Shown piece after piece: positions 36,580 through 45,884 of a DNA stretch of 52,977 nucleotides. The notes under the pieces were generated by a model, which saw only the letters and a list, made by a program, of their open reading frames with translations, had not been told where the DNA came from and did no database searches. The position numbers were made by a program, and so were the translations under genes. Positions within the stretch are counted from its first letter, which is position 1. Each line of letters begins with the position of its first letter. Source of the DNA: Patescibacteria group bacterium (GTDB lineage Bacteria > Patescibacteriota > Gracilibacteria > Peribacterales > Peribacteraceae); the NCBI GenBank assembly GCA_043819035.1, contig JBDRFD010000009.1:1-52977 (forward strand), given 5' to 3'.

Positions 36580-37611
36580 TTACATGAGGATATTTTTCAC
36601 ATCATTAAACGTTTCAACCCTCACCAATCTCGATCTCAGCTCCTTCGCCCCGTCAATTCCTTTGACGTAACTGGCCAGATGTTTACGCATTTCGAGCATT
36701 CCCCTTCTCTCTCCTTTTAATTTAACCGCGAGTTCGCAGTGTTCGATGATCAGAGGAATTTTTTCCTCGAAGCTTAGTTGTTCGATGGTTGGAATGAACT
36801 TCGAAGAATCGTCTAACGTCCAACGTCTAACGACGCGAGATACTAGACGTTTGACGTTAGACTTTGGACTTCTCAGCGCCTCACACACATCTTTCATTAT
36901 CCATGGATTTCCGAATGTGGCGCGCCCGATCATTACACCATCTAGGTTTCCGAGTTTTTCGACTGCAACTTCTGCTGAAGTCACATCGCCATTTCCGATC
37001 ACCGGCACTGAAACTTCCTTCTTCAGTTCATAAATCGGTTTCCAATCTGCTTCTCCTCCATACTTTTGAGCATAAGTTCTGCCATGAATCGCCAGCGCAT
37101 CAGCACCGGCTTCTATGAGCTTCGAGCAGAACGTTATGAGTTGATCCGGAGATTCCCACCCTAAACGTGTCTTCACGCTTACAGGGATCTTCACCGCCTC
37201 TTTTGTTGCCTGAACTAATTCTGCCGCAAGTTGCGGCTCACGCATCAATGCAGAACCGTGACACGATGACGTGACACGTGCTGCGGGGCATCCCATATTT
37301 ATATCTATTCCATCCGCACCCATTTCCTCGACAATTTTAGCAGCCGAGAGGAAATTCTCCGGCTTCTTCCCAAAGACCTGCACAATGAAGGGGTGCTCTA
37401 GTTTTGGATCGAAGTTCATCATACCCATCGTCTTCTTCGCTCCATAATGAATAGCATCGGTACTCAAGAATTCGGAATAGACAATCACCTCTGGCGCTAG
37501 CTTTTTGATGAGCTGGCGGTACGCCGCGTCCGTTACTCCCGCCATGGGAGCCAGTGCAACAATGGGCCGGTCTGTTGTACTCCAAGCAAACATGAGTGAA
37601 GAGACTATCAA
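36580..37611 (-). CDS. dus: tRNA-dihydrouridine synthase
   Basis: LAPMAGVTD.AYR, NMGCPA, the FMN-binding TIM-barrel pattern, and a C-terminal helical domain. Confidence 0.85.
   Translation of the reverse strand: MIVSSLMFAWSTTDRPIVALAPMAGVTDAAYRQLIKKLAPEVIVYSEFLSTDAIHYGAKKTMGMMNFDPKLEHPFIVQVFGKKPENFLSAAKIVEEMGADGIDINMGCPAARVTSSCHGSALMREPQLAAELVQATKEAVKIPVSVKTRLGWESPDQLITFCSKLIEAGADALAIHGRTYAQKYGGEADWKPIYELKKEVSVPVIGNGDVTSAEVAVEKLGNLDGVMIGRATFGNPWIMKDVCEALRSPKSNVKRLVSRVVRRWTLDDSSKFIPTIEQLSFEEKIPLIIEHCELAVKLKGERRGMLEMRKHLASYVKGIDGAKELRSRLVRVETFNDVKNILM
36810..36863. repeat. 54-nt heptamer-word hairpin embedded in frame in dus
   Basis: CGTCTAACGTCCAACGTCTAACG ... TAGACGTTTGACGTTAGAC. The 19-nt arms match at 18 of 19 positions. 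It encodes an 18-aa Arg/Val-rich insert (..KSNVKRLVSRVVRRWTLDD..). Confidence 0.7.
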
Positions 37612-37630
37612 AAATCAACTACTTTGTTGA

Positions 37631-37680
37631 TAGTGTTAAATGTTAATAGTTAACTGTTAAGAGTCTCGCGTAAGCGAGAC
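37631..37680. repeat. GTTAA-word heptamer run plus GTAA-tetraloop hairpin upstream of dus
   Basis: TAGTGTTAAATGTTAATAGTTAACTGTTAAG followed by GTCTCGC-GTAA-GCGAGAC. Confidence 0.5.
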
Positions 37681-37779
37681 GTGTTGTCCAGTAGACCATA
37701 TTTTTCATTCCCTGACGAGCTGATTCTTATCGAACTGCCCTCAACACTTCGAAGCTTTTGAAGCACAATACAATACAAT

Positions 37780-38178
37780 ATGCTTCATGGTCGTTCAGAT
37801 TATTTAAGCGCTCTGAGTACACCGTTAATTCTGTGGCTGCTGACGATTCCCGTTTTTGTTAGTGCGCAAGCTTCTACGTTAATTCCTTCATCAGGGACAC
37901 TTGGAACCTGCAATTTTCGTACAGGAACAATTCATGCCGATTGCGTACCAGTATACATCGGTTATTTGATTGAAATACTCTTCATGCTCATCGGCGCATT
38001 CTTTTTTATCATGATCCTCTTATCGGGATATCAAATCGCTGTAGGAAGTCTGGCCGGCGGTGAAGGATTGTCATCGGGACTTCAGAGGTTAAAATGGGCT
38101 ATACTTGGGTTCATGATCAGCGCGTTTTCTTTCTTCATTATAGCTTTCTTTATTTCCGCTCTCGGTTTCGGTACTTAA
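37780..38178 (+). CDS. VirB2/TrbC-like pilin-type membrane protein (fourth paralog)
   Basis: Signal peptide (..VFVSAQA), a Cys pair (C..x..C), and TM-loop-TM (..SLAGGEGLSSGLQRLKW..). Confidence 0.5.
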   Translation: MLHGRSDYLSALSTPLILWLLTIPVFVSAQASTLIPSSGTLGTCNFRTGTIHADCVPVYIGYLIEILFMLIGAFFFIMILLSGYQIAVGSLAGGEGLSSGLQRLKWAILGFMISAFSFFIIAFFISALGFGT

Positions 38179-38180
38179 CT

Positions 38181-39422
38181 ATGACTCCCAAAAAATCCCA
38201 AACGGCTTTTACTTCCCTCCGCATTGTTGGCGAAAAAGCACAGAGGATTATCGAACGTGCCCGCAAAGGCACAAAGGCAAAGAAAGGGAAATCCATCCCA
38301 CTACCCAGCCAGACTGAACATGATGCCTTCGTAGTGCACATTTCCATCCAGAGTGCCGTAAAAGCAGCATTTTCAATTCTTCTGATTGCCATTGGCGTGT
38401 TCGCCGTATATCACCTGCGTGATAAGTTGATCTTGCTGTTCCTTGGTGTCTTTGTCGCAGCAGTTATTGATCCCGGAGTTGAGAAGTTACAGCACTTTGG
38501 CATGCCAAGAGGAATAGCGGTTCTCGTTCACTACGTTGTCGCACTTCTCGTCATTTTCTTTCTCCTCTTCTCCTTCATCCCGATTATCGCCAAACAGCTG
38601 CAAGACATTTCAACATTCATAAGTACGGAGGTAGACGTTTTCTTATCAAATCCTCAGATCTCTGTCCCTCTGCTCTCAGGTGAACTCAATCATCGCCTGA
38701 CCATGCTGACACAAACAACTTTGCAGAGTCTGTCTATTAATGAATTCAGCGATGCGCTCCAGCAAATGGGACAGACACTTTCAACCGCAGCACAAGGATC
38801 TATTCTTTTTGTTGCGAAACTTGCAGGTTCCGTCGCTAAGTTTCTCATTAACCTGATTATTGTTCTCGTTCTTGGATTCTTTATTCAACTAGAGAAGGAA
38901 CGCATTCTCAAGTGGATAGTGAGTTTCATGCCCGAGAGATACCGAACATATCTCCACTCGAAGTCCGAAGCGATGCACACCAAGATCGGCCAGTGGGCCA
39001 GAGGAGAGCTCCTGTTGATGCTTTCCATTGCCATTCTTACATTTATAGCATTGATCATACTCGGCATGCCATACGCACTGACTTTGGCCGTACTCGCCGG
39101 TTTTTGTGAATTCATCCCGGCAGTCGGTCCGCTCATCGCCGCTATTCCTGCTGTCATGATCGCACTGTCTGACAAAGGGTTGGTCTATGCACTTATCGTC
39201 GCCGGTGTGTACTACATCATCCAGTGGTGCGAAAATAATCTCCTGGTTCCCCTCATCATGCGGCGAGCCGTGGGCCTATCCCCCGTAGCGATTCTTTTCG
39301 CCATGATGGTCGGCATCAGCTTCCCGAATACGATTCATCCGCTTGTAGGAGTAATGTTGGCGATTCCGATTACGACGATACTGGCGTTGTTTTTGGAGGA
39401 TTGGCAGAAGATTCATCGGTAA
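38181..39422 (+). CDS. AI-2E (PerM/UPF0118) family transporter
   Basis: ATG at 38181, directly after the pilin stop. Multi-TM, with the conserved GFCEFIPAVGPLIAAIPAV segment. Confidence 0.75.
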   Translation: MTPKKSQTAFTSLRIVGEKAQRIIERARKGTKAKKGKSIPLPSQTEHDAFVVHISIQSAVKAAFSILLIAIGVFAVYHLRDKLILLFLGVFVAAVIDPGVEKLQHFGMPRGIAVLVHYVVALLVIFFLLFSFIPIIAKQLQDISTFISTEVDVFLSNPQISVPLLSGELNHRLTMLTQTTLQSLSINEFSDALQQMGQTLSTAAQGSILFVAKLAGSVAKFLINLIIVLVLGFFIQLEKERILKWIVSFMPERYRTYLHSKSEAMHTKIGQWARGELLLMLSIAILTFIALIILGMPYALTLAVLAGFCEFIPAVGPLIAAIPAVMIALSDKGLVYALIVAGVYYIIQWCENNLLVPLIMRRAVGLSPVAILFAMMVGISFPNTIHPLVGVMLAIPITTILALFLEDWQKIHR

Positions 39423-39433
39423 ACCTGTTCCCA

Positions 39434-39606
39434 AAAAGGTTATAGGTGATAGGTTTAATAGGTTTGGGTTATAGGTTAAAAGGGAAGAGGTTGTGTATTT
39501 TGATACCAAGAAAACCTTTTCCCTAAACACCTCTTCCCCAAACCCTGCCTGCCGGCAGGCAGGCTAATCACCTAAAACCTATAGCCTTTTAAGGTCTATC
39601 TATGCA
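39434..39606 (+). mobile_element. MITE-like hairpin element, copy 2
   Basis: AAAAGGTTATAGGTGATAGGTTTAATAGGTTTGGG ... CCTGCCTGCCGGCAGGCAGG ... CACCTAAAACCTATAGCC. Its arms are self-complementary. Confidence 0.7.
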
Positions 39607-39608
39607 TT

Positions 39609-39989
39609 CTATGATTTCTTAGAAGCCTGGAGCTTCCTGATAAGGGAATTCAACATTTTCATAACTCCAAACAAAAGACTGCTGATCTTTCTGTAATCGA
39701 AGTCCTTTGTTTGTGGAAGTCTCTTAGCAATTTCAATCTGCGTCTCCAATTCTGCGCCTGAAGAATATGCAATATTCAGAAACTTGATGTAATCCTTTTT
39801 GGTCTTCCGAGACTTCCCCTCTGCAATGTTGGAGGGAATGGAAACCGCCGATCGTCTCAACTGACTCGTGAGACCGTAGAGTTCTTCTTTAGGAAACTTC
39901 TGTGTAAGTTCATACAGAATAGTTACGAGCTCAACGGACTGCTGCCAGACGATGAGGTCTCTGTACGAGCGAATCTGTGCTGATGCCAT
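39609..39989 (-). CDS. four-helix-bundle protein (23S rRNA intervening-sequence protein family)
   Basis: YRDLIVWQ.S..L....Y.LT..FPKEE.YGLTSQLRR.AVSIPSNIAEG. Bracketed by MITE copies 2 and 3. Confidence 0.8.
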   Translation of the reverse strand: MASAQIRSYRDLIVWQQSVELVTILYELTQKFPKEELYGLTSQLRRSAVSIPSNIAEGKSRKTKKDYIKFLNIAYSSGAELETQIEIAKRLPQTKDFDYRKISSLLFGVMKMLNSLIRKLQASKKS

Positions 39990-40151
39990 GGGAGAATGGG
40001 GGTATAAAAATAAAGGTCCACAGCTTAGGAGCTTTGAATAGCCAAAAGGAGCCCTCCAGAAAAAAATGTTCTTCCGGTAGCGACTTTTTGTCTAAAGTAT
40101 AAGAAGAATGACGTTCCATCCCCTCTAAGAACGCCTCAATTATCTATATTT

Positions 40152-40308
40152 AAGGTTATAGGTTTTAGGTTTAATAGGTTTGGGTTTAAGGTAATTAGGG
40201 AAGAGGTTAGAAAACTGAAACAGGAAACGAACCTTACAACCCAAATACCCATTCCCCAAACCCTGCCTGCCGGCAGGCAGGCTAATCACCTATCACCTAT
40301 AACCTTTT
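40152..40308 (+). mobile_element. MITE-like hairpin element, copy 3
   Basis: Same termini and central palindrome as 39434-39606, in the same orientation. Confidence 0.7.
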
Positions 40309-40419
40309 TTGAAAGCAAAAAGTTTAATATACATCCTATAATGACACCATTATTCTGGGTAATCTGTAACTTTCATACGCAATAAAAAGAAGGTAAAATA
40401 TTTTGATGATTACTGCAAA

Positions 40420-40446
40420 TTAGCACTCTGTATGTTAAACTGCTAA
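40420..40446 (+). promoter_or_regulatory. CIRCE-like inverted repeat (possible HrcA operator) upstream of clpC-type gene
   Basis: TTAGCACTC-N9-AACTGCTAA versus the consensus TTAGCACTC-N9-GAGTGCTAA. The left half is perfect and the right half matches 7 of 9. It lies 52 nt upstream of the ATG. Confidence 0.4.
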
Positions 40447-40497
40447 TTGCTCTATTCTCCTCCAACTCCTAGCCCCTAGTCCCTAACCCCTAGAACA

Positions 40498-43116
40498 ATG
40501 CACCCCTTCGACAGATTCACTCCCAATGCAAAGCTTGCTCTGCAGATCGCAGAGCAGGAAGCGAAGAATATGAAGAGCAGCTACATTGGAACAGAACATC
40601 TGCTGCTGGGATTACTGAGTATTCCCAAATCTCTTGGATTTTCTCTCTTCACGGGTGCGGGAGTGACACAGGAGAACGTGCGCATTCTTTTGAAGGCTCT
40701 CAAGACGAAAGATATTGAAGGGAAGCAAGTGAAGCATGGGCTCTCTACATACTTACATAACGTCATCGAACAGAGCGTGATCACCGCACACAAATTTCGT
40801 CATGCGAATGTCGGAACGGAACACCTGCTTCACTCTCTGGTTTCCACAGGAAAGAATGTCGCCACTGCCATTTTGGAAGAGATGCAGGTGGACCCGGAAG
40901 ATCTAAAATCGCATGTGGAAGAAATGTTCGGACAAATCAGCCAGTTCAAACAACAGAACCGAAACATGGAACAGTCACTGGAAGCATTCTTTCAGGGGCT
41001 CCAAGGTGCGATCGTAGGCATGCAGGGTGAAGCAGGAAACATGTTAATGGGTGGACCGGATGGAGGATTAAAACGCCAAAAGGCAGACGGCAAGAGCAAG
41101 ACTCCCGTACTCGACTACTTCACAGATGACCTTATTGCTCGTGTGAAGGAGGGGAAGATCGATCCAATTATCGGCCGCGAAGAGGAAATCGAGAGGATGA
41201 TTCACATCCTCAATCGCAAGACTAAAAATAATCCCGTACTGATCGGGGAACCCGGCGTTGGAAAGACCGCTGTAGTGGAAGGGCTAGCGCAGCGCATTAC
41301 TGCGGGGCAAGTTCCTGCGACACTCAAGAACAAGCGTCTACTCGTCCTCAACATGGGATCACTTATTGCCGGAACCAAGTACCGCGGTGAGTTCGAACAG
41401 CGATTCGATGACCTCATTAAGGAAGCACTACAGAGTAATAATGAAATACTTTTGTTTATCGACGAAATTCACACTGTTGTTGGGGCAGGATCCGCCGAAG
41501 GGTCGTTGGATGCCGCCAATATTCTAAAACCGGCGCTATCCCGGGGTGCGCTGCAAATTATCGGCGCCACCACGACAGATGAATTTCGAACAGTAGAGAA
41601 AGACCGCGCACTGGAAAGGCGCTTGCAATCAATGATGATAGAAGAGCCCAATATCGAAGACTCCATCACCATATTGCAGGGGTTACGGCAAAGTTATGAG
41701 GAATTCCACAACCTCTCTATTACGGACGAAGCGATCGAAGCTGCGGTGCGCTTAAGCAAACGATATCTCGCTGAACGTTTTCTGCCGGACAAGGCGATTG
41801 ACGTTCTGGATGAAGCAGCAGCTAAGAAGAACTTGCAACGTGGAGGAGTTTCGCCGGAACTGAAGAAGCTGGATGACAAACTTGAAAAGCTAATCATCAA
41901 ACAGCAGGAGGCCGTACGCGAGCAGAAGTATCACATCGCTCTTAAACTGAAGCAGGAGCAACAAGCTCTGCAAGAACAGTACGATCAACTCAAAAGCGAA
42001 GAAGACGGAGATCGTCGCACACCAATACAGATCACCGATGACGACATCACAGATGTTATTGGACGGATGACAGGGATTCCGGTAACCAAGCTTCTTGGAT
42101 CCGAGAAGAAACGCCTGCAGAACCTGGAAGTCGTTATGCGCAAACGTGTAGTAGGACAAGACAAGGCTATCAAGCAGGTGGCACGCGCCATTCGCCGCTC
42201 TCGTGTCGGGATTTCCGACCGTCGCCGTCCCATTGGCTCGTTCCTGTTCCTAGGACCGACAGGAGTTGGGAAAACCGAGCTCGTGCGCACCATAGCATCA
42301 GAAGTGTTCGGCAAAGAAGATTCTCTAATCAAAATGGATATGTCTGAGTTTATGGAACGCCACAACGTTTCACGCCTTATCGGGACTACGGCAGGATACG
42401 TCGGATACGAAGAAGGAGGTCAACTGACGGAAGCTGTCCGACGCAAACCGTATTCAGTAGTCCTCTTTGATGAGGTCGAAAAGGCACACCCCGAATTCTT
42501 TAATATTCTTCTACAGATTATGGAAGATGGGACGCTGACTGACGGACAGGGAAAGAAAGTGGATTTCACAAATACAATCATTGTGATGACTAGTAATATC
42601 GGTGCGGAGAAACTGACAAAACAGGCGGCTAAAATCGGCTTCCACCTGGAAAGTGAATTGGGAAAGGAGGAGAAGGATTACGAAGAAAAGTGTGAGGAAG
42701 TTATCGCAGAGCTCAAAGAAAAGCTGCGCCCGGAATTCCTCAATCGTGTAGACAACATCATCGTCTTTAATGCACTTACACAGGAAGAGATCCGCAAGAT
42801 AGTCTTGATACACTTGAATCAGCTCCAAGAACGAATCAAAGATCAGGGCCTTACTCTCGACGTAGATAAAAAAGTGGTCAATATGCTGGCGGAGAAAGGC
42901 TTCGATCCGGAATACGGTGCTCGCCCCGTGCGGCGCGTGATTCAGGAATTGATAGAAGATGAGATCGCAGAACACATTCTAAAGGGCATCTTCTCCAAAG
43001 GAGACATTGTACACATAATTATGAAGGACAAAGATAAACTGGAGTTCTTGCCCGGCGTGAAGAAGGAACGTGCTGCGAAGAAGAAAGAGACTGAAACTGT
43101 TGGAGTGAAATCTTAA
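40498..43116 (+). CDS. clpC: ClpC-type Hsp100/Clp AAA+ ATPase (two NBDs, Clp_N repeats, short middle domain)
   Basis: Clp N repeats, GEPGVGKTA and GPTGVGKTE Walker A motifs, a ~60-aa coiled-coil linker, and a KIGF loop after TSNIGA (ClpP-docking type). Confidence 0.8.
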   Translation: MHPFDRFTPNAKLALQIAEQEAKNMKSSYIGTEHLLLGLLSIPKSLGFSLFTGAGVTQENVRILLKALKTKDIEGKQVKHGLSTYLHNVIEQSVITAHKFRHANVGTEHLLHSLVSTGKNVATAILEEMQVDPEDLKSHVEEMFGQISQFKQQNRNMEQSLEAFFQGLQGAIVGMQGEAGNMLMGGPDGGLKRQKADGKSKTPVLDYFTDDLIARVKEGKIDPIIGREEEIERMIHILNRKTKNNPVLIGEPGVGKTAVVEGLAQRITAGQVPATLKNKRLLVLNMGSLIAGTKYRGEFEQRFDDLIKEALQSNNEILLFIDEIHTVVGAGSAEGSLDAANILKPALSRGALQIIGATTTDEFRTVEKDRALERRLQSMMIEEPNIEDSITILQGLRQSYEEFHNLSITDEAIEAAVRLSKRYLAERFLPDKAIDVLDEAAAKKNLQRGGVSPELKKLDDKLEKLIIKQQEAVREQKYHIALKLKQEQQALQEQYDQLKSEEDGDRRTPIQITDDDITDVIGRMTGIPVTKLLGSEKKRLQNLEVVMRKRVVGQDKAIKQVARAIRRSRVGISDRRRPIGSFLFLGPTGVGKTELVRTIASEVFGKEDSLIKMDMSEFMERHNVSRLIGTTAGYVGYEEGGQLTEAVRRKPYSVVLFDEVEKAHPEFFNILLQIMEDGTLTDGQGKKVDFTNTIIVMTSNIGAEKLTKQAAKIGFHLESELGKEEKDYEEKCEEVIAELKEKLRPEFLNRVDNIIVFNALTQEEIRKIVLIHLNQLQERIKDQGLTLDVDKKVVNMLAEKGFDPEYGARPVRRVIQELIEDEIAEHILKGIFSKGDIVHIIMKDKDKLEFLPGVKKERAAKKKETETVGVKS

Positions 43117-43182
43117 AAAAGTTAAAAGTGAAGAGTGAATAGTTGTATGATGTGGTATTGCAATTATACAATTAACAAGTCT

Positions 43183-43743
43183 ATGAAATTCATTCTCATA
43201 TTTGGTCCACCGGCTGTTGGAAAAATGACTGTTGGTCACGAGTTAGAAAAACTCACTGACTTCAAATTATTTCACAATCATATGAGCATCGATTTGGTTT
43301 TACCCTTCTTTAAACACGGAACACCAAGCTTTCATAGGCTTAATAATCTATTCCGAAATGAATTGTTCAAAGAAGTAGCAAAAAGTGATCTAAAGGGTTT
43401 CATTTTTACTTATGTTTGGGCTCTCGATGAAGAATCTGATAACAAGTATGTAGATACAATAACAGAAATTTTCAAAAAAGAAGGTGCTGAAGTTTTTTAC
43501 GTTGAACTTGAAGCAGAACTTGATGAAAGATTGAAGCGTAATAAAACACCACATCGACTTGAGCACAAACCATTTAAAAGAAATATCAAAGATTCAGAAA
43601 GAAGATTGCTAAAAGATGATAAAGATTATCGGCTCAATACCAATGAGAATGAATTTCAAAGAAACAACTATCTTAAAATTGATAATACATCGTTAAGTGC
43701 AGACAAAACTGCAAGATTGATAAAAGACCACTTTGATTTATAG
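43183..43743 (+). CDS. P-loop NTPase/kinase-like protein
   Basis: MKFILIFGPPAVGKMT Walker A. 186 aa. The gene is visibly more A+T-rich than its neighbours. Confidence 0.5.
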   Translation: MKFILIFGPPAVGKMTVGHELEKLTDFKLFHNHMSIDLVLPFFKHGTPSFHRLNNLFRNELFKEVAKSDLKGFIFTYVWALDEESDNKYVDTITEIFKKEGAEVFYVELEAELDERLKRNKTPHRLEHKPFKRNIKDSERRLLKDDKDYRLNTNENEFQRNNYLKIDNTSLSADKTARLIKDHFDL

Positions 43744-43935
43744 AACAAATTATAATACCACATTCTATAACGCATTTTTCACCCCCCAATATCCATAACA
43801 AACAACATCCCGACCAAGTCAATTTCACAACATTCTTAATAAATTGACAACCACATGCCCACCCCAAAGAGCCGCTTTTCTGCTATAATAATAGGATTTC
43901 CTCGTAGTGAGTTTTTATCACACTATTGAAACTCT

Positions 43936-44562
43936 ATGCCTATCGAACCTGTAAAAATTCCACAGAATGTCCAGATCGAGGACCGGCTAATCGGGCCGAT
44001 CACTCTCAGACAGGTTATTATCTGTCTCATTGGCGGAGGTATGAGTTTTGTAATCTGGAATATGATGAAGTCAGTCGGAATGGTGACTATTATACACTTT
44101 GCCTTTTCATGGATTCCATTTGTTATCGCAGCGGCATTTGCATTTATTAAATTCCAAAACTTATCTCTTCTACGGATCATTCTTCTGATGATAGAAAAAG
44201 GCCAAAAACCTTCAAAGCGAACATTCGGACCCCGTGAAGGAATTGCGATTAATGTTCGCACGTATTTCCACACCGAAAAACAGAAGCAGAAGTATTCCAT
44301 TGATCAAACCAGAGTTACAGAGGATAAATTCCAACACTTGAGTTCTGTGTTAGATAAAGAATCCGCTCAAGCTCAGGAATCACATACTGAAACCGATAAA
44401 AGCGAACTCCATGATGAAACGGGAAAGAGCACACCGGTTGATCCAAAGCGAGTGTCGGTGGAACCTTCCGCAAAGTCACAGCCAAACATTGATGGGATGA
44501 GTCCTTCTTCTATGCAATCAAACACTACTGTAACCAAGGAATCTTCACCTTCTGTTCCCTAA
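43936..44562 (+). CDS. PrgI-like (VirB3-type) T4SS membrane protein with disordered tail
   Basis: N-terminal VKIPQNVQIEDRLIGPITLRQVIICLIGG followed by two TM helices, as in PrgI-family proteins. The C-terminal ~90 aa are polar and low-complexity. Confidence 0.55.
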   Translation: MPIEPVKIPQNVQIEDRLIGPITLRQVIICLIGGGMSFVIWNMMKSVGMVTIIHFAFSWIPFVIAAAFAFIKFQNLSLLRIILLMIEKGQKPSKRTFGPREGIAINVRTYFHTEKQKQKYSIDQTRVTEDKFQHLSSVLDKESAQAQESHTETDKSELHDETGKSTPVDPKRVSVEPSAKSQPNIDGMSPSSMQSNTTVTKESSPSVP

Positions 44563-44563
44563 T

Positions 44564-45382
44564 ATGCCAAATGACCCTTTGCCACAGGCAGAAGAAGAAA
44601 TGACCGCTTCCACTTACAAAGAAGAGGAATTAGACGATAAATTCGAAGAGGAAGAAGAACCGGCCAAGAAGAAAACGTTCATCGAAAAAATAAAATGTAC
44701 GGTACGTCAGCGGAAAAGGAACGAAAAAGCAACTACACAGCGCTATCTGCCAATCGCGGAAATCCGCAATGATACGGTGGTTCTGAAAAACGGTGGCTTG
44801 CGTGCGGTTCTGTCGGTTGAACCTCTTAATTTCAACCTCAAGAGCGAAACCGAACAGGAAGGAATCATCGCACGCTACCAAAACTTCCTCAACACGCTCA
44901 CTTTCCCCATTCAGATTGTGGTGGCATCCACACGGGTAAACATCGATCCGTACATCAATAAGATTCGCATGCGCGCGGGTTCACAGAAGAATGAACTCTT
45001 GCGGCAGCAATCGTTGCTGTACGCGACATTTGTGGAGAAACTCGTAGAAGTGGCAGATATCATGCAGAAGGATTTTTACGTCGTTGTGCCTCAGGATGAC
45101 CAGCCCCCCAAAAGAAACTCCATATTACAATTCATGAGATGGTTTAAAACGGAAGACACAGCTGCCAAAATCAGCCAGCGCAATCAACGCTTCCACCAGC
45201 GAAGTGTGCTCCTGCGAGACCGCGTTAACCTGGTGCAATCAAGCCTTCATAATGTTGGGATTCAATCTCGTCGCTTGAACACCCAGGAGCTCATTGAAAC
45301 GTACTATCAGCTATATAATCCTCGTACAAGTCAGGAGCAGAAATTACCGAGCAACCTCAATACAGAAGAATTGGTGTTATAA
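44564..45382 (+). CDS. T4SS-associated protein resembling the N-terminal domain of VirB4/TrsE-type ATPases (no ATPase domain)
   Basis: YLPIAEIRNDTVVLKNGGLRAVLSVEPLNFNLKSETEQEGIIARYQNFLNTLTFPIQIVV pattern. It starts 1 nt after the PrgI-like stop. No Walker motifs. Confidence 0.5.
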   Translation: MPNDPLPQAEEEMTASTYKEEELDDKFEEEEEPAKKKTFIEKIKCTVRQRKRNEKATTQRYLPIAEIRNDTVVLKNGGLRAVLSVEPLNFNLKSETEQEGIIARYQNFLNTLTFPIQIVVASTRVNIDPYINKIRMRAGSQKNELLRQQSLLYATFVEKLVEVADIMQKDFYVVVPQDDQPPKRNSILQFMRWFKTEDTAAKISQRNQRFHQRSVLLRDRVNLVQSSLHNVGIQSRRLNTQELIETYYQLYNPRTSQEQKLPSNLNTEELVL

Positions 45383-45489
45383 CTTCAAACCGAAGAATGA
45401 GTATTCTAATTCAAAGATGGAAACAATAGGGTTATGGGTTTTATACCGGATTAACTATTACATTTTCGCTTATTCTAAGTGATTTAGTT

Positions 45490-45644
45490 GGTGACAAGTC
45501 ACAGGTCGCATGCCCGCCTGCCGGACGGGCAGGGCACAAGTCTTGGCCCAGGTCGCATGTCGCAGGACCTGTCACGGCGTACGCGAACGCCGTGACCTGT
45601 GACCTGCGACCAAACCTGCGACTTGTGACCTTCGACCTGTGATC
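45490..45644. repeat. compound hairpin of GACCTGT/GACCTGC heptamer words
   Basis: CAGGTCGCATGTCGCAGGACCTGTCACGGCG-loop-CGCCGTGACCTGTGACCTGCGACC, plus the palindrome CCCGCCTGCCGGACGGGCAGGG. Confidence 0.6.
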
Positions 45645-45884
45645 GATTACATCCATTATTCAATTCGAAAAAGCATTTCTTAATTTGGTATTAGGTGATT
45701 AGCCCCCAATGCAGCGGCGACGCAGCGTCGCCGATGCGTCTTGTCAAACTAGTCTAAAAGAATCTCTCCAAATTCTTGACATTATTCATCAGAATTGCGA
45801 TCCTCAAATCGATCAGTTGCTGCTCGTGCAAGGGCGCTGCTCTCAAAATATCTTATTTCTTCCCACTTGCACCATTTCTTTACT

